Assembly (NCBI GenBank): GCA_019704295.1 | Contig: AP024596.1 | Coordinates: forward strand, 640,001 to 704,000 | DNA length: 64,000 nt | Source: Sulfolobales archaeon HS-7 | GTDB taxonomy: Archaea; Thermoproteota; Thermoprotei_A; Sulfolobales; Sulfolobaceae | Direction of reading: 5' to 3' | Shown here: positions 53,787 through 64,000 of the stretch, in pieces | Layout of the letters: the number at the start of each line of letters is the position of its first letter | Position numbering within the stretch: the stretch's first letter is position 1 | Notes under the pieces: generated by a model | Databases searched by the model: none | Told to the model about the DNA's origin: nothing | The model's input: the letters and a program-made list of their open reading frames with translations, nothing else | Position numbers and translations under genes: made by a program

Positions 53787-56700
53787 TACCCTCCTCTTAT
53801 TTCGGTTATTTCATTATATAGTTGATCAATAACCTTTTGGTAATCGATATTACCCATTTCCACTTCATCCATCTTTCTCTGTAATTCTCTGGTCCTCTCC
53901 TCAGAAACTAACTTACCATAACTTTCATTTAAATACTCGTATACGCTCATTCCTATCTTGGAGGGAAACATTTTTTTCATTTTACTTGTCTCAAATACGT
54001 ATCTCCTCCTTAATAACGTTGCGATTATCGTCGCGTAGGTACTCGGCCTTCCTATCTCCTTTCTCTCCATATCGCTTATTAGCTCCCCCTCGGTATAAAG
54101 ATCTATACTGCTTACTATAAATCCAGAACCTAACGTAACATCATACTCTCCTTCGGTTACTTTTGGGTAAACCCTTCTAAACGGCGAATAGTAATTCAAA
54201 AATCCCTCACCCTCATATCCTATAACGAACTCTGCCTTAGGGTTCCTTAACTTCAATTCAGTTCCTTTAACTAGTGCATTTACTTCAATTACTTGCTTTA
54301 TAACATTTTGAGGTTTCATTTGACTCGCTATAAACCTTCTGAAGATAAGTTCGTATATAAGGAAGTGCTGACGTGACAGTTCCTTTGATTGCACTATAGT
54401 GCCGTCCTGAATCATGACCTGTAATTGCTGGGCATCAAGGGGTCTAGTAGGTCTGATGGCTTCGTGGGCTCCCCCTTCTCCCCAACTTCTAGGTTGAGCT
54501 AACTTCTCAGCCTGCTCCCCATATTTATTTTTAAGGTAGTTCATTGCTACTGAAACACCTTGTTCAGAGATCCTTATGCTATCTGTTCTATGATACGTTA
54601 TAAGGCCAGTCTCAAAAAGGTCTTGGAGAATTCTCATTGCCTGAGTTGAGGATATTGAATAAAAAGAGGAAGAGTCCTGTAATACTGTGCTTGTGTTGTA
54701 CGGCGGCAGGGGATTATATGCTTCCTTAAACTCCCCTAAATTCTTGACATAGAGCTTAATCTTAGTTCCCTTTCTAATTTTACTATCTCTCTCTATAAGA
54801 AAGGTTATCCCATTTGGTAATTTAGCGGGAAGGACTTTCACTTTATCCCTTTCATGCACATTATACCTGTTTATAATCCATCCTAAAACTGGCGTCTGAA
54901 CCCTTCCCGCGCTGAGGTTCCTATTCCCCTCGCAGTTCTCCCCCTTACAATATTTCCTCCAAAAATCCGTCTGAAGTTTCGTGGAAAGCTCAAAACCTAT
55001 CCATCTGTCTTCAACCCTTCTCACTATTTGAGAGCTTACAAGATTGTAATTTATTTTCCTCGCATTACTTATAGCCTGAATAATAGCCTTCCTAGTCACT
55101 TCGTGAAACTCAGCTCTGTAAATTTCTGGGTTAAACGGTCTCAAGGTATTGTAAACGTCCCATGCTATTTTCTCTCCCTCAGTATCTGGATCAGTACCAA
55201 TCAATATCCTATCACATTTTATAGCAATATTCCTTAATGCGTCAACCACATTTTCCTTATCTGAAACAATCATCCCTTGACACGCTGGACATCTTTCTTT
55301 CCCCGTAACTACCTGATGACCATTTTCACATCTCTTTATCGTATCGTAAACTGGTATATATTCTGATGCAGATTTCCTTATAACTCCGTATTCACCCATC
55401 TTGTCAGTGGTTAAATCGTATATGTGACCAGCAGTATAAGTGATGAGCATTATCTCATTATTCATAACCGTTTCGTAAATCTGTAAACCCATTTCATTCC
55501 TTTGGCTCGGCTTAGAGAAGAAATTAGCTATAGTCTTGGCCTTGCTTGGGGATTCAACCACAAAGAGCGTTGTCCTCACTGGTATAGACAATGCTACCTT
55601 ATTTTGCTTATATTCTGTAATGATTTTCCTCTCGGCGTTAATATTAGTACTAATTTCATCCAAATTCAGCTCATCTATCTCTTTCCACGTAACTGAATCT
55701 AGCATTATGTTTAGTTTATTATTTAATGCCTGAAACAGACTTTCGTTATCGACGTATAGGAAAGATATTCCCGTAGTAAGTCCTCCCGCAAAAAGTCTTG
55801 ACGTTCTTCCAGACGCTTGAATATAGGTAAGGTGATCTGGAATGAGCATGGTGTTATCCTCTAATACTATATCTGATATTTCGGTCAATTTGGAAAGAAC
55901 TGGCTTGTTCTTAACGTACTCCTGTACTAACTCATACGCCTTTTCTATTGTCCTATCAGCGATCACTCCACCCTTAATCTGAGAGTACAACATCGATACG
56001 GCAGCTGGAGACATCCTATTCAATTTGTTTCTCAGGTACGAACTTATTATACTAACCTCTCTATCTCGCGTAATAATCGAGAGTAATCCCAATATTCGTG
56101 ACAGAGCTATTGGATGCATCTTTTCGCCTAGCTTGAACTTAAACCTTGGAATTCCAGTAAAGAAGGCGTATTTTATCCTCCATGGTATATCCAACCCCCT
56201 TACAAGTATTCCGTAATGAGTTGCTGTTCCTACTAGTAGGTCGACCTCACCCTCTTCGAAAGCTTTGATTGACTTCAGGGCCTTAGATGAGGTTATCGGT
56301 AGCGACTTCACGCCTAACTCATTCAACTCAAGGGAAAGTTCATTTGCGTATTCGATACCAAGATCTATTGGAACGAATATAAGTCCTCCCCCTCTCATCG
56401 CTTCATTTATATCCCGAATAGTTTCAGGAATTTGTTTAGCTCTAACAGTTACATCAAATATATTCCTCGTATATATAACCGAGGAACCTGGCCTAAAACC
56501 CATTAGTGTTGTAAAGAGCGGATTTGATCTTGTTAATGATGCCGAGGAGAACACTATTATCCTTTTATTCTTTTTTTCTCTTATTTTTCCTATTTCGTCA
56601 TAGGCTTTATTTCCCTTTATTCTAAGCGCATTCCTTACGGCTGTAACGTCTTCTTCTGAGAATCCAGCGAGTTTAAGTAAACCCAAAGCGCTCCTCCCAG

Positions 56701-57331
56701 ACTTCATAGCTGCGTCAACATCATCTACGAATACGAAATCTGGATCTCCTCTAATAATCGAATCTATATGATTTAAAACGAACTTAGACGTTAATAGAGA
56801 TATGTCGTAATCTTTTCTAACTAGTTTCTCGATATCTTTATCCTTAACGTAAATTCTAGGGTTAATATTAAGGCTATTACTTATATTACCAATTTTCACC
56901 TGGGCTTGCCTAACAAGGGCTTTTGACGGAAAAATCAATAGGCTTCTCTTACCTATAGTGAAAAGATAGACAGCAGAAAGCAATCCAAATGTGGTTTTCC
57001 CTAGACCTGGGGGAGATATTAAGGCGAAGCTCTCCCCCCTTAGCAAATCTAAAAACCAGGCTCTTTGAGGAGTAGACGGTTCCACACTCAAGGATTTCTT
57101 AAAGTATTGCCTTAGACGCTCGTATTCTTGCAAAATTTTCCAATCTTTCTCTAGATTTTTGAGTTTTCTGTGGGAATTCAAATATGAAAGAAGATCAATA
57201 TATGAAGTGAAATTGATCTCCTCACTAACGCATAAATCGCATAACGAACCCTTTTCTAACCTTCTAGTATCAATGGTACCTCCACAATTAGGACAGCCGT
57301 TGAGATAATATACCTCAGGCACATCTCTCAT
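53786..57331 (-). CDS. rgy: Reverse gyrase
   Basis: CPNCGG zinc finger, PPGLGKTT, DDVD, QASGRTSR, VESPSKA, DPDTEGE, SAGRVQ, GLITYHRTDS. Confidence 0.98.
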   Translation of the reverse strand: MRDVPEVYYLNGCPNCGGTIDTRRLEKGSLCDLCVSEEINFTSYIDLLSYLNSHRKLKNLEKDWKILQEYERLRQYFKKSLSVEPSTPQRAWFLDLLRGESFALISPPGLGKTTFGLLSAVYLFTIGKRSLLIFPSKALVRQAQVKIGNISNSLNINPRIYVKDKDIEKLVRKDYDISLLTSKFVLNHIDSIIRGDPDFVFVDDVDAAMKSGRSALGLLKLAGFSEEDVTAVRNALRIKGNKAYDEIGKIREKKNKRIIVFSSASLTRSNPLFTTLMGFRPGSSVIYTRNIFDVTVRAKQIPETIRDINEAMRGGGLIFVPIDLGIEYANELSLELNELGVKSLPITSSKALKSIKAFEEGEVDLLVGTATHYGILVRGLDIPWRIKYAFFTGIPRFKFKLGEKMHPIALSRILGLLSIITRDREVSIISSYLRNKLNRMSPAAVSMLYSQIKGGVIADRTIEKAYELVQEYVKNKPVLSKLTEISDIVLEDNTMLIPDHLTYIQASGRTSRLFAGGLTTGISFLYVDNESLFQALNNKLNIMLDSVTWKEIDELNLDEISTNINAERKIITEYKQNKVALSIPVRTTLFVVESPSKAKTIANFFSKPSQRNEMGLQIYETVMNNEIMLITYTAGHIYDLTTDKMGEYGVIRKSASEYIPVYDTIKRCENGHQVVTGKERCPACQGMIVSDKENVVDALRNIAIKCDRILIGTDPDTEGEKIAWDVYNTLRPFNPEIYRAEFHEVTRKAIIQAISNARKINYNLVSSQIVRRVEDRWIGFELSTKLQTDFWRKYCKGENCEGNRNLSAGRVQTPVLGWIINRYNVHERDKVKVLPAKLPNGITFLIERDSKIRKGTKIKLYVKNLGEFKEAYNPLPPYNTSTVLQDSSSFYSISSTQAMRILQDLFETGLITYHRTDSIRISEQGVSVAMNYLKNKYGEQAEKLAQPRSWGEGGAHEAIRPTRPLDAQQLQVMIQDGTIVQSKELSRQHFLIYELIFRRFIASQMKPQNVIKQVIEVNALVKGTELKLRNPKAEFVIGYEGEGFLNYYSPFRRVYPKVTEGEYDVTLGSGFIVSSIDLYTEGELISDMERKEIGRPSTYATIIATLLRRRYVFETSKMKKMFPSKIGMSVYEYLNESYGKLVSEERTRELQRKMDEVEMGNIDYQKVIDQLYNEITEIRGG

Positions 57332-57388
57332 TTAGTGATACAACAGCAGTTATATAAATAGTTAAGTTAAGACTACGCTAGAGTACGT

Positions 57389-59590
57389 ATGAGCGAACGC
57401 GGCATAACTCTGAAAGTAGTAGAGGCTAAACCAAATGACGTAGGTAGGAAGTTAGCCAGACTTAGTGAGGGCCTCATGAGGAAACTTGGGCTAGATAATG
57501 GGGATTACGTAGAGATAAGGGGACCTAAGGGGATTACGATTCTGCAGGTAAAAGAGGGGGGGGATTTATCGTCTAAGGAAATTAGAATTGATGGGTACTC
57601 TAGGAGTACCGTTGGCGTTTCCGTAGGGGATGAGGTGGAAGTAAAGAAAGTTGATGTACAGCCAGCTAATAAGGTCATACTGGCTCCTATACAAGCGATA
57701 AGGTTCGATCAAAGTTTCGTAGAATACGTGAAGGAATACCTTCAGGACAAACCTTTAGTTAGAGGCGAGACCGTAGCAATCCCTGTATATACCGAATTTC
57801 TCGACTTAGTAGTAGTAAACACTACACCATCCAACGCTGTAAAGATAACCGATAGGACAGAACTTGAGATTAGGGAGGAACCAGTTAAGGAGAAACCAGA
57901 GACCTATACCAAAGTCTCATGGGAGGATGTCGGAGACCTGGAGGAAGTCAAGGAAAAATTAAGGGAGATCGTCGAACTTCCTATGAAACATCCTGAAATA
58001 TTCTCTAGGTTAGGAATAGAACCTCCCAAGGGGGTTCTCCTGTACGGTCCTCCTGGCGTAGGAAAAACCCTATTAGCTAGGGCACTAGCGTCGGAAATAG
58101 GAGCTTACTTTACATCTATAAATGGGCCAGAAATAATGAGTAAGTTTTACGGAGAAAGCGAACAGAGATTGAGGGAGATATTTAAGGAAGCTGAGGATAA
58201 CTCGCCAGCAGTAATATTTATTGATGAGATAGATGCGATAGCCCCGAAAAGGGAGGAGGTAACAGGTGAGGTAGAGAAAAGAGTGGTAGCGCAACTCCTT
58301 ACTTTAATGGATGGAATAAAGGGGAGAGGAAAAATAGTAGTAATTGGAGCAACTAATAGACCAGACGCTGTAGATCCTGCCCTTAGAAGACCGGGGAGGT
58401 TCGATAGGGAGATAGAGATCAGGCCTCCAGATGTAAGAGCTAGGAAGGAAATACTATCTGTACATACTAGGAACATGCCATTAGCAAAAGATGTCAATCT
58501 GGATACCCTCGCAGAAATGACTTACGGGTATACAGGTGCAGATATAGCGGCCCTAGCTAAGGAAGCTGCGCTTACGGCTTTAAGGAGATTTATTTCGGAG
58601 AAAAAGATAAATTTGGAACAAGGACAGATACCGGCAGAGGTCCTAAAGGACCTTGAAGTAACAAATGACGACTTCATCAATGCAATGAAAGTTGTCAGAC
58701 CAACTCTGCTCAGAGAGGTCTATGTTGAGGTACCTAACGTGAGATGGGACAGTATAGGAGGACTAAATGATGTAAAACAGCAGTTAAGGGAGGCAATAGA
58801 ATGGCCTCTAAAGTATCCCAAGGTGTTTGAAAACTCCGGAATAACTCCTCCGAAAGGAATTCTCTTATTCGGACCTCCAGGTACGGGTAAGACCCTTTTA
58901 GCAAAGGCCGTGGCTACAGAGGCCGCAGCTAACTTCATTGCTATAAGGGGTCCAGAAATAATGTCAAAATGGGTTGGAGAGAGCGAAAAAGCTGTAAGAC
59001 AAGTATTTGAAAGGGCAAGACAAGCTAGTCCTGCGATAGTGTTCTTCGATGAGATAGATTCCATAGCAGCTACTAGAGGATATGATACCTCTTCAGGAGT
59101 TACGGAAAGAATAGTTAATCAGTTACTATCAGAAATGGACGGTATAGTACCCCTCAATAAAGTGGTTGTAATAGCTGCTACAAACAGACCCGATATAATA
59201 GATCCCGCCCTTTTAAGACCTGGGAGATTTGATAGGTTAGTGTACGTTCCTCCCCCTGATAGATCTGCTAGATTAGAGATACTGAAAGTTCATACGAGAA
59301 AAGTCCCGCTAGATAATTCAGTTAACTTAGAAACTATTGCAGAAAAGACAGAAGGTTACACTGGCGCTGATTTAGAGGCTCTTGTAAGAGAAGCGGTAAT
59401 GACGGCATTAAGGGAGTACGACCCAGCGAAAATAAACGAGAAGATTGGCGACGGGAAAGAAGCATTTCCATTAAGGGTTAAGATGGAACATTTCGAAAAA
59501 GCGATGAAAATTGTGCTTCCAAGTTTAACTAAAGCCGATATAGAGAGATACGAGAAAATGGCAAGAGAACTAAAGCGGGCTATTGCATAA
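57389..59590 (+). CDS. Cdc48/VAT AAA+ ATPase
   Basis: N-domain plus two AAA modules ([23 protein letters not shown]). Confidence 0.97.
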   Translation: MSERGITLKVVEAKPNDVGRKLARLSEGLMRKLGLDNGDYVEIRGPKGITILQVKEGGDLSSKEIRIDGYSRSTVGVSVGDEVEVKKVDVQPANKVILAPIQAIRFDQSFVEYVKEYLQDKPLVRGETVAIPVYTEFLDLVVVNTTPSNAVKITDRTELEIREEPVKEKPETYTKVSWEDVGDLEEVKEKLREIVELPMKHPEIFSRLGIEPPKGVLLYGPPGVGKTLLARALASEIGAYFTSINGPEIMSKFYGESEQRLREIFKEAEDNSPAVIFIDEIDAIAPKREEVTGEVEKRVVAQLLTLMDGIKGRGKIVVIGATNRPDAVDPALRRPGRFDREIEIRPPDVRARKEILSVHTRNMPLAKDVNLDTLAEMTYGYTGADIAALAKEAALTALRRFISEKKINLEQGQIPAEVLKDLEVTNDDFINAMKVVRPTLLREVYVEVPNVRWDSIGGLNDVKQQLREAIEWPLKYPKVFENSGITPPKGILLFGPPGTGKTLLAKAVATEAAANFIAIRGPEIMSKWVGESEKAVRQVFERARQASPAIVFFDEIDSIAATRGYDTSSGVTERIVNQLLSEMDGIVPLNKVVVIAATNRPDIIDPALLRPGRFDRLVYVPPPDRSARLEILKVHTRKVPLDNSVNLETIAEKTEGYTGADLEALVREAVMTALREYDPAKINEKIGDGKEAFPLRVKMEHFEKAMKIVLPSLTKADIERYEKMARELKRAIA

Positions 59591-59704
59591 ATCAGTGAGT
59601 GTTTTCAATTAAGCTATTTTGGAATATTTTTAAGATCAGCATTTTTTAACTTTCAGAAGTCTCCATAGTAATTGGTATAGAGTAATTGAAGCTTTCCAAT
59701 CAAA

Positions 59705-59870
59705 ATTGTGGATTAAGTAACGAAAAGCCTGATGAAGGGATGGATAGCTCCTTTATATTTAAACGCGAGTTCAAGAACTATCTCTTGATAACAGGCACCT
59801 CCAAGTGAACATTACCGGGACGCCTGAACGAGAGTTAATGTGGTACGCTTCAGCTCTAATTAACGGCCCC
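59705..59870 (+). mobile_element. SMN-like element copy E (right-truncated)
   Basis: GGGATGGATAGCTCCTTT left-end-like and core GACGCCTGAACGAGAGTTAATGTGGTACGCTTCAGCTC. Confidence 0.6.
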
Positions 59871-59940
59871 TAAATCATGAGTTAATTTACTTCATGATAC
59901 GTTAGAATCCCATAATGATAACTTATGTGCAAAGCCTTAT

Positions 59941-60492
59941 ATGTGGCCCTTCTTAAACATTTTAACAATGACTGTTACCACTAGAATCACTTCCTTCCCT
60001 AGAGGGAAGTACTACTTCTCTAATGTTCCATTAATTCTCCCAATTGACTCAGCCTTAAGACTTTTATTTGGCGGGAAGCTGGAAGAGTTAAGTTCCTTCC
60101 TCCTTGAAAGTTCGTCATCTAATTCATTGAAAAAGGGGAAGTACCATCCTTTAAGTTCGCCTAATTTCATAATCAGACGAGAATGGAATGCTGTTATGTT
60201 CCTATTTGAGGCTATAATACTAAGAAATTTCTACAAACAGACTATTTATTACCGCCTTAAAAAGGGTAGACTTTTTCGCTCGTCAAACTCTGTAGGCCTG
60301 ATAAAGGCCTCCAAGAATTTTTCAGAAAAGTATATACTTACCTTACCTGCTGAATATAAGAGTAATAAGAGAGTAAAAGCTAAAATGCTATGTAAGTATA
60401 TAAAGCTAAGAACTGGCAACATAGGGCGTAAAGCGGCTAACATTATAGCTTCTTTGGGGGGAGGTTACTCGAGGATAGGTAATGGGTCTTGA
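59941..60492 (+). CDS. Doubtful hypothetical protein
   Basis: 183-aa ORF overlapping next gene by 4 nt; no recognisable motif. Confidence 0.3.
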   Translation: MWPFLNILTMTVTTRITSFPRGKYYFSNVPLILPIDSALRLLFGGKLEELSSFLLESSSSNSLKKGKYHPLSSPNFIIRREWNAVMFLFEAIILRNFYKQTIYYRLKKGRLFRSSNSVGLIKASKNFSEKYILTLPAEYKSNKRVKAKMLCKYIKLRTGNIGRKAANIIASLGGGYSRIGNGS

Positions 60493-60845
60493 TAATATCA
60501 GTAAATAAAGGACAGGAAATAATTCAAGCAATAAAAAAGGCTGTCTATGATTATAATAGTAAAATTAGGGGAAGTGGTTACTACTTAAAACCGATTCACA
60601 TGGTATATAAAAAAGGCAAAGTGTATATATACATAGGCAGGTACTGGTATAGAATAACTAAGAAAAACAGAGTATTAAAATGGACTTACTTAGGTAAGAG
60701 TAAACCCATAATAGAACTTCCTGAACCTCCGTCAATTCCAGAAGGTGTAATTATTAAGGAAGGAGATAACTACCTATTAGACGAAAGTATTCTAAACAGT
60801 GAATTATTAAGTTCTTTTCTTCATAACGCATCTAGGAAGAAATAA
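60489..60845 (+). CDS. Hypothetical basic/aromatic protein
   Basis: YYLKPIHMV, YIYIGRYWY, WTYLGK pattern, protein-like composition. Confidence 0.7.
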   Translation: MIISVNKGQEIIQAIKKAVYDYNSKIRGSGYYLKPIHMVYKKGKVYIYIGRYWYRITKKNRVLKWTYLGKSKPIIELPEPPSIPEGVIIKEGDNYLLDESILNSELLSSFLHNASRKK

Positions 60846-61602
60846 CATAAAAACCGAACTGCTTACTGACGAACACCCGAACTGCGTTATTAGTAGATTT
60901 AAAATATTACCTTCACGAAACTATATGATTAGTTAGTGTTTGTAGATCAATTCATAACTTAATATATTACTCGGGACCCTTCTCATGAAGTCCAGGATGT
61001 AGAGACGAACTTCTTTCTCGTTAGACCGTCTAACGCCTAATCAACGTGAATAACCAAAATAAAGTAAAAGTTATAAAATACGTCCAGATAGGATTAAAAT
61101 TCGGTTAATTATGTGGTAAATAACAATATAAAATCAGTTTATCAAGTGGGGTAACGGGTGCTCGCACGTTTTTTGAGAATAGGGCAATTAATCTATTCAT
61201 TGTAAGTTAGAATATTCCAGGTAAATTAGTATAATTCTCTATATAGAATCCGAATACATATTGTAGCTATCCAAGGTTCCTTTGCGAATTCAATTTATTT
61301 GAAGGAATATAAAAATTTTATTGAATATAATTGAATCTACAAGGTAGGAATTCACGCTCAGCAGTTTATTCTTATCTATCTTATTCGCGAATAATAATTC
61401 GCAAAAGAACCTGAATCTCCCTCATTTAGTTGTTCGTGACAGTTACGTATTGGACACTGCCTTATGGATTGAAACTGCTGCAAGACAATCTTAGCTAACG
61501 GTATATTTAAAGTTCAATCGAAATATTTGTACTTAATGCCTCGCATTTCAATGAAGAGGAGAGAAACAGCGTTCATAAATAATTGTAAGGAGAGTATTCG
61601 GT

Positions 61603-62844
61603 GTGAAACATAAAATTCTATTCGTTATAGCAGACGGATTAGGAGATAGACGAGTACGCAAACTTTCAGATAAGACGCCACTTCAGGCCGCAACTAAGGA
61701 TAACATAAGAGAACTTTATAGAAGTTCAATGATTGGTCTAATGGACCCAATATCTCCAGGCATAGTCCCTGGAAGTGATACGTCACATCTATCAATTTTT
61801 GGAGTGGATCCTAAAATATATTATAGAGGGAGGGGAGCTTTTGAAGCAATAGGAGCTGGAGCTGAATTAAAGCACGGTGATGTGGCGTTTAGAGGAAATT
61901 TTTCCACCGTAAATCAAGATTTCGTGATAGTTGATAGGAGAGCTGGTAGGAACATTAAAGAGGCAGAACTTTTAGTTAAAGAATTAAATGAAAAAATAGA
62001 ACCTATAGATGGAATTAACGTTAAGTTTTTCCATGGAACTGAACATAGGGTTGCAGTAATTCTTTCAGGTCAAGGCATTTCCGACAAGGTTTCAGATACG
62101 GATCCCGAAGAAGCAGGACAACGGGTACTCGCTTCAAAACCCCTTGATGGAAGCAAAGAAGCTGAAAAAACTAGCAAAATAGTAAACGAACTAACTAAGA
62201 GAGTTTACGATATATTATCAACCTCCAAATATAACATCGAAAGGGAAGCTCGGGGAGAACTTCCTGCTAATGCAATCCTTTTACGGGGCGCCGCGACATA
62301 TCAAGAACTACCTAAATTTGAATCGATTACTGGACTCAAAACTATTGCAGTAGCTGCCACCGCCCTGATTAAAGGTGTGGCGAAGAGTTTAGGTATGGAC
62401 GTTTATACCCCCCCAGGTGCAACAGGAGGTGTCGATAGTGATCTTTTGGCGAAAGCAGATGCTGCAGTGAAGTTCATAAAACAAGACTACGATATGGTTT
62501 TCCTTCATGTTAAGGGAACAGATGCAGCATCTCATGATGGAAACCCAGAAAATAAGGTATTAGTAATAGAGAAAATAGATAAAATGATAGGAAGGATACT
62601 AGACTCAATAGGTTCTGAAATGATAATTGGGATCACAGGCGATCATTGTACACCGGTGGAACTAAAGGAACATTCTGGCGATCCAGTACCTTTCCTATTG
62701 CATGTGCCTGAAAGTATAATAACTGATGAGATTTCTGATTTCAATGAGATAACCGCTCGTAAAGGCAGCGTAAGAATAAGAGGATTAGACGTAGCCAATA
62801 TACTCCTTAACTACTCGAATCGCGCTAAAAAATACGGTGCCTAG
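61603..62844 (+). CDS. apgM: 2,3-BPG-independent phosphoglycerate mutase (archaeal)
   Basis: [40 protein letters not shown]. Confidence 0.96.
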   Translation: MKHKILFVIADGLGDRRVRKLSDKTPLQAATKDNIRELYRSSMIGLMDPISPGIVPGSDTSHLSIFGVDPKIYYRGRGAFEAIGAGAELKHGDVAFRGNFSTVNQDFVIVDRRAGRNIKEAELLVKELNEKIEPIDGINVKFFHGTEHRVAVILSGQGISDKVSDTDPEEAGQRVLASKPLDGSKEAEKTSKIVNELTKRVYDILSTSKYNIEREARGELPANAILLRGAATYQELPKFESITGLKTIAVAATALIKGVAKSLGMDVYTPPGATGGVDSDLLAKADAAVKFIKQDYDMVFLHVKGTDAASHDGNPENKVLVIEKIDKMIGRILDSIGSEMIIGITGDHCTPVELKEHSGDPVPFLLHVPESIITDEISDFNEITARKGSVRIRGLDVANILLNYSNRAKKYGA

Positions 62845-63749
62845 GCCGGTACATAGATGGGGTTGTCGTCTGTGGATATTCTGTTCTCATTTTCAAGGTA
62901 CTTTCGTATATATTTGGGAATACTAAACATAGAATAATGTGTAGTACCGTCATAGTACTGAAGTCCGTTAATTCCCTTCTCTTCAAGTAGTCTATCTACG
63001 CGTTCTTGTGACATAGGAGATATGCTATTAGGAGAATAGAAGGCAAAGCCCCACAGACCGTCAAATGCTGGCACGAAGCTCACTCCCACCTCACTTTTTC
63101 CAAATACATGCCTTATAGTGTTACTAATTACAGAGAACGAGTCTATCGAGAATGAGGGAGAAGTTGCCTGAGTAGAGATACCCCCATTGTGAGAAAGCGA
63201 GTCCTTGACCAACTCATAAAAAGTAGATGTATAAAGCTTATATGATGGCGAGTCCTTCATGGGATCCGTTAAATCAAGAATTATTACGTCGAATTCATCC
63301 TTATTTTTTCTAAGATATTCTATACCATCCTCTATGACCAGCTTAGTTCTCTTATCCTCGAACGCCCCTTTATGCCATTGCGCCATATATTTCTTAGCGA
63401 ACTCTATTACAACGTCATCAATATCAACCATAACTACTTCTTTAAAGGAATTATATCTTAATACTTCCCTTAAAGTGGCTCCTTCTCCCCCTCCGATAAT
63501 GAGAGCTCTCTCTGGATCCCTAAGCGAGAGCATTAACGGGTGAACTAAGCTTTCATGGTAAATGAATTCATCGCTTACAGTTGATTGTATCTTCCCGTCA
63601 ATTATAAGTGATTTTCCGAAACGAGTTAGCTCAACCAGCTTTACCTCTTGGTATTTGCTTTTTTGTTCCTGATAAACCCTCTCTATTTCATGAGCGTGAA
63701 ATTCACTAGGCGTTTGCCATTCAATAAACCAGTGCCACCTATATATCAT
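62841..63749 (-). CDS. speE: Polyamine aminopropyltransferase
   Basis: [33 protein letters not shown]. Confidence 0.96.
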   Translation of the reverse strand: MIYRWHWFIEWQTPSEFHAHEIERVYQEQKSKYQEVKLVELTRFGKSLIIDGKIQSTVSDEFIYHESLVHPLMLSLRDPERALIIGGGEGATLREVLRYNSFKEVVMVDIDDVVIEFAKKYMAQWHKGAFEDKRTKLVIEDGIEYLRKNKDEFDVIILDLTDPMKDSPSYKLYTSTFYELVKDSLSHNGGISTQATSPSFSIDSFSVISNTIRHVFGKSEVGVSFVPAFDGLWGFAFYSPNSISPMSQERVDRLLEEKGINGLQYYDGTTHYSMFSIPKYIRKYLENENRISTDDNPIYVPA

Positions 63750-63931
63750 TAGCGTACCCTTTTACCATTTACCTTCTTATTAGCCCATCGATATCTCCTT
63801 ATTCTTCTAGACCTTCCGTATCCGCATGCTGCGCAATACCTCCCTGAAATATTAAAAGAGTTCCTTCCGCACCTTCTACACCTCATATGAGTTTTCTTAT
63901 TCATCTTACCAAATGACGGTGTACCTTTCAT
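63749..63931 (-). CDS. rpl37e: 50S ribosomal protein L37e
   Basis: [14 protein letters not shown]...CAACG. Confidence 0.97.
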   Translation of the reverse strand: MKGTPSFGKMNKKTHMRCRRCGRNSFNISGRYCAACGYGRSRRIRRYRWANKKVNGKRVR

Positions 63932-63942
63932 TTATACCCCTC

Positions 63943-64000
63943 TTACATCGGCGATATAAATATTACGTTATCTCCCCTTATCACGATAGTTCCGATTTTC
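63943..64000 (-). CDS. Sm-like archaeal protein (Lsm/SmAP1), C-terminal end only
   Basis: KIGTIVIRGDNVIFISPM* (Sm2 motif RGDN), directly upstream of rpl37e. Confidence 0.9.
   Translation of the reverse strand, partial: KIGTIVIRGDNVIFISPM

Noticed and set aside
61213-61228. TTCCAGGTAAAT resembles a mini-ORB origin box
   Set aside because: Isolated, poor match, and no cdc6/orc1 or whiP gene nearby.
61460-61480. TTATGGATTGAAAC resembles the 3' end of a CRISPR repeat
   Set aside because: Single occurrence, no regularly spaced copies, no cas genes in the window.

Overview
This is a core-genome segment of a thermoacidophilic crenarchaeon of the order Sulfolobales, judged from gene content and order. 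It carries the 3' end of the Ced DNA-import locus (cedA plus an unannotated cedA2), archease, an Lrp regulator, an ABC exporter, XPD helicase and a complete shikimate/chorismate operon with split transketolase. It also holds a ThiF/E1-like enzyme, the rpl10e-dph2-csl4-rpoL-tfs cluster, a probable Cdc45/RecJ-like protein, nep1, rpoP and tRNA-Gly(CCC). The middle has the S-layer operon slaAB with adjacent surface and glycosylation genes, then trmI, KEOPS genes and ribosomal proteins. The right end has A-ATPase subunits, reverse gyrase, Cdc48, apgM, speE, rpl37e and the end of an Sm-like gene. Accessory DNA consists of two decayed IS607 (tnpA+tnpB) elements and a decayed HEPN-MNT toxin-antitoxin pair. 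Three features stand out beyond the ORF track. (1) A dispersed non-coding repeat family of about 300 bp (4-5 copies) with IS200/IS605-type ends and a TnpB omegaRNA-like 3' part, one copy split by an IS607 insertion. (2) A box C/D guide sRNA abutting the trmI start codon, with two apparent 16S rRNA guides. (3) An aroD gene whose natural start is one base out of frame at a CTT-TAA site. No CRISPR array was found. All homology calls come from motif recognition and recall, not database searches.
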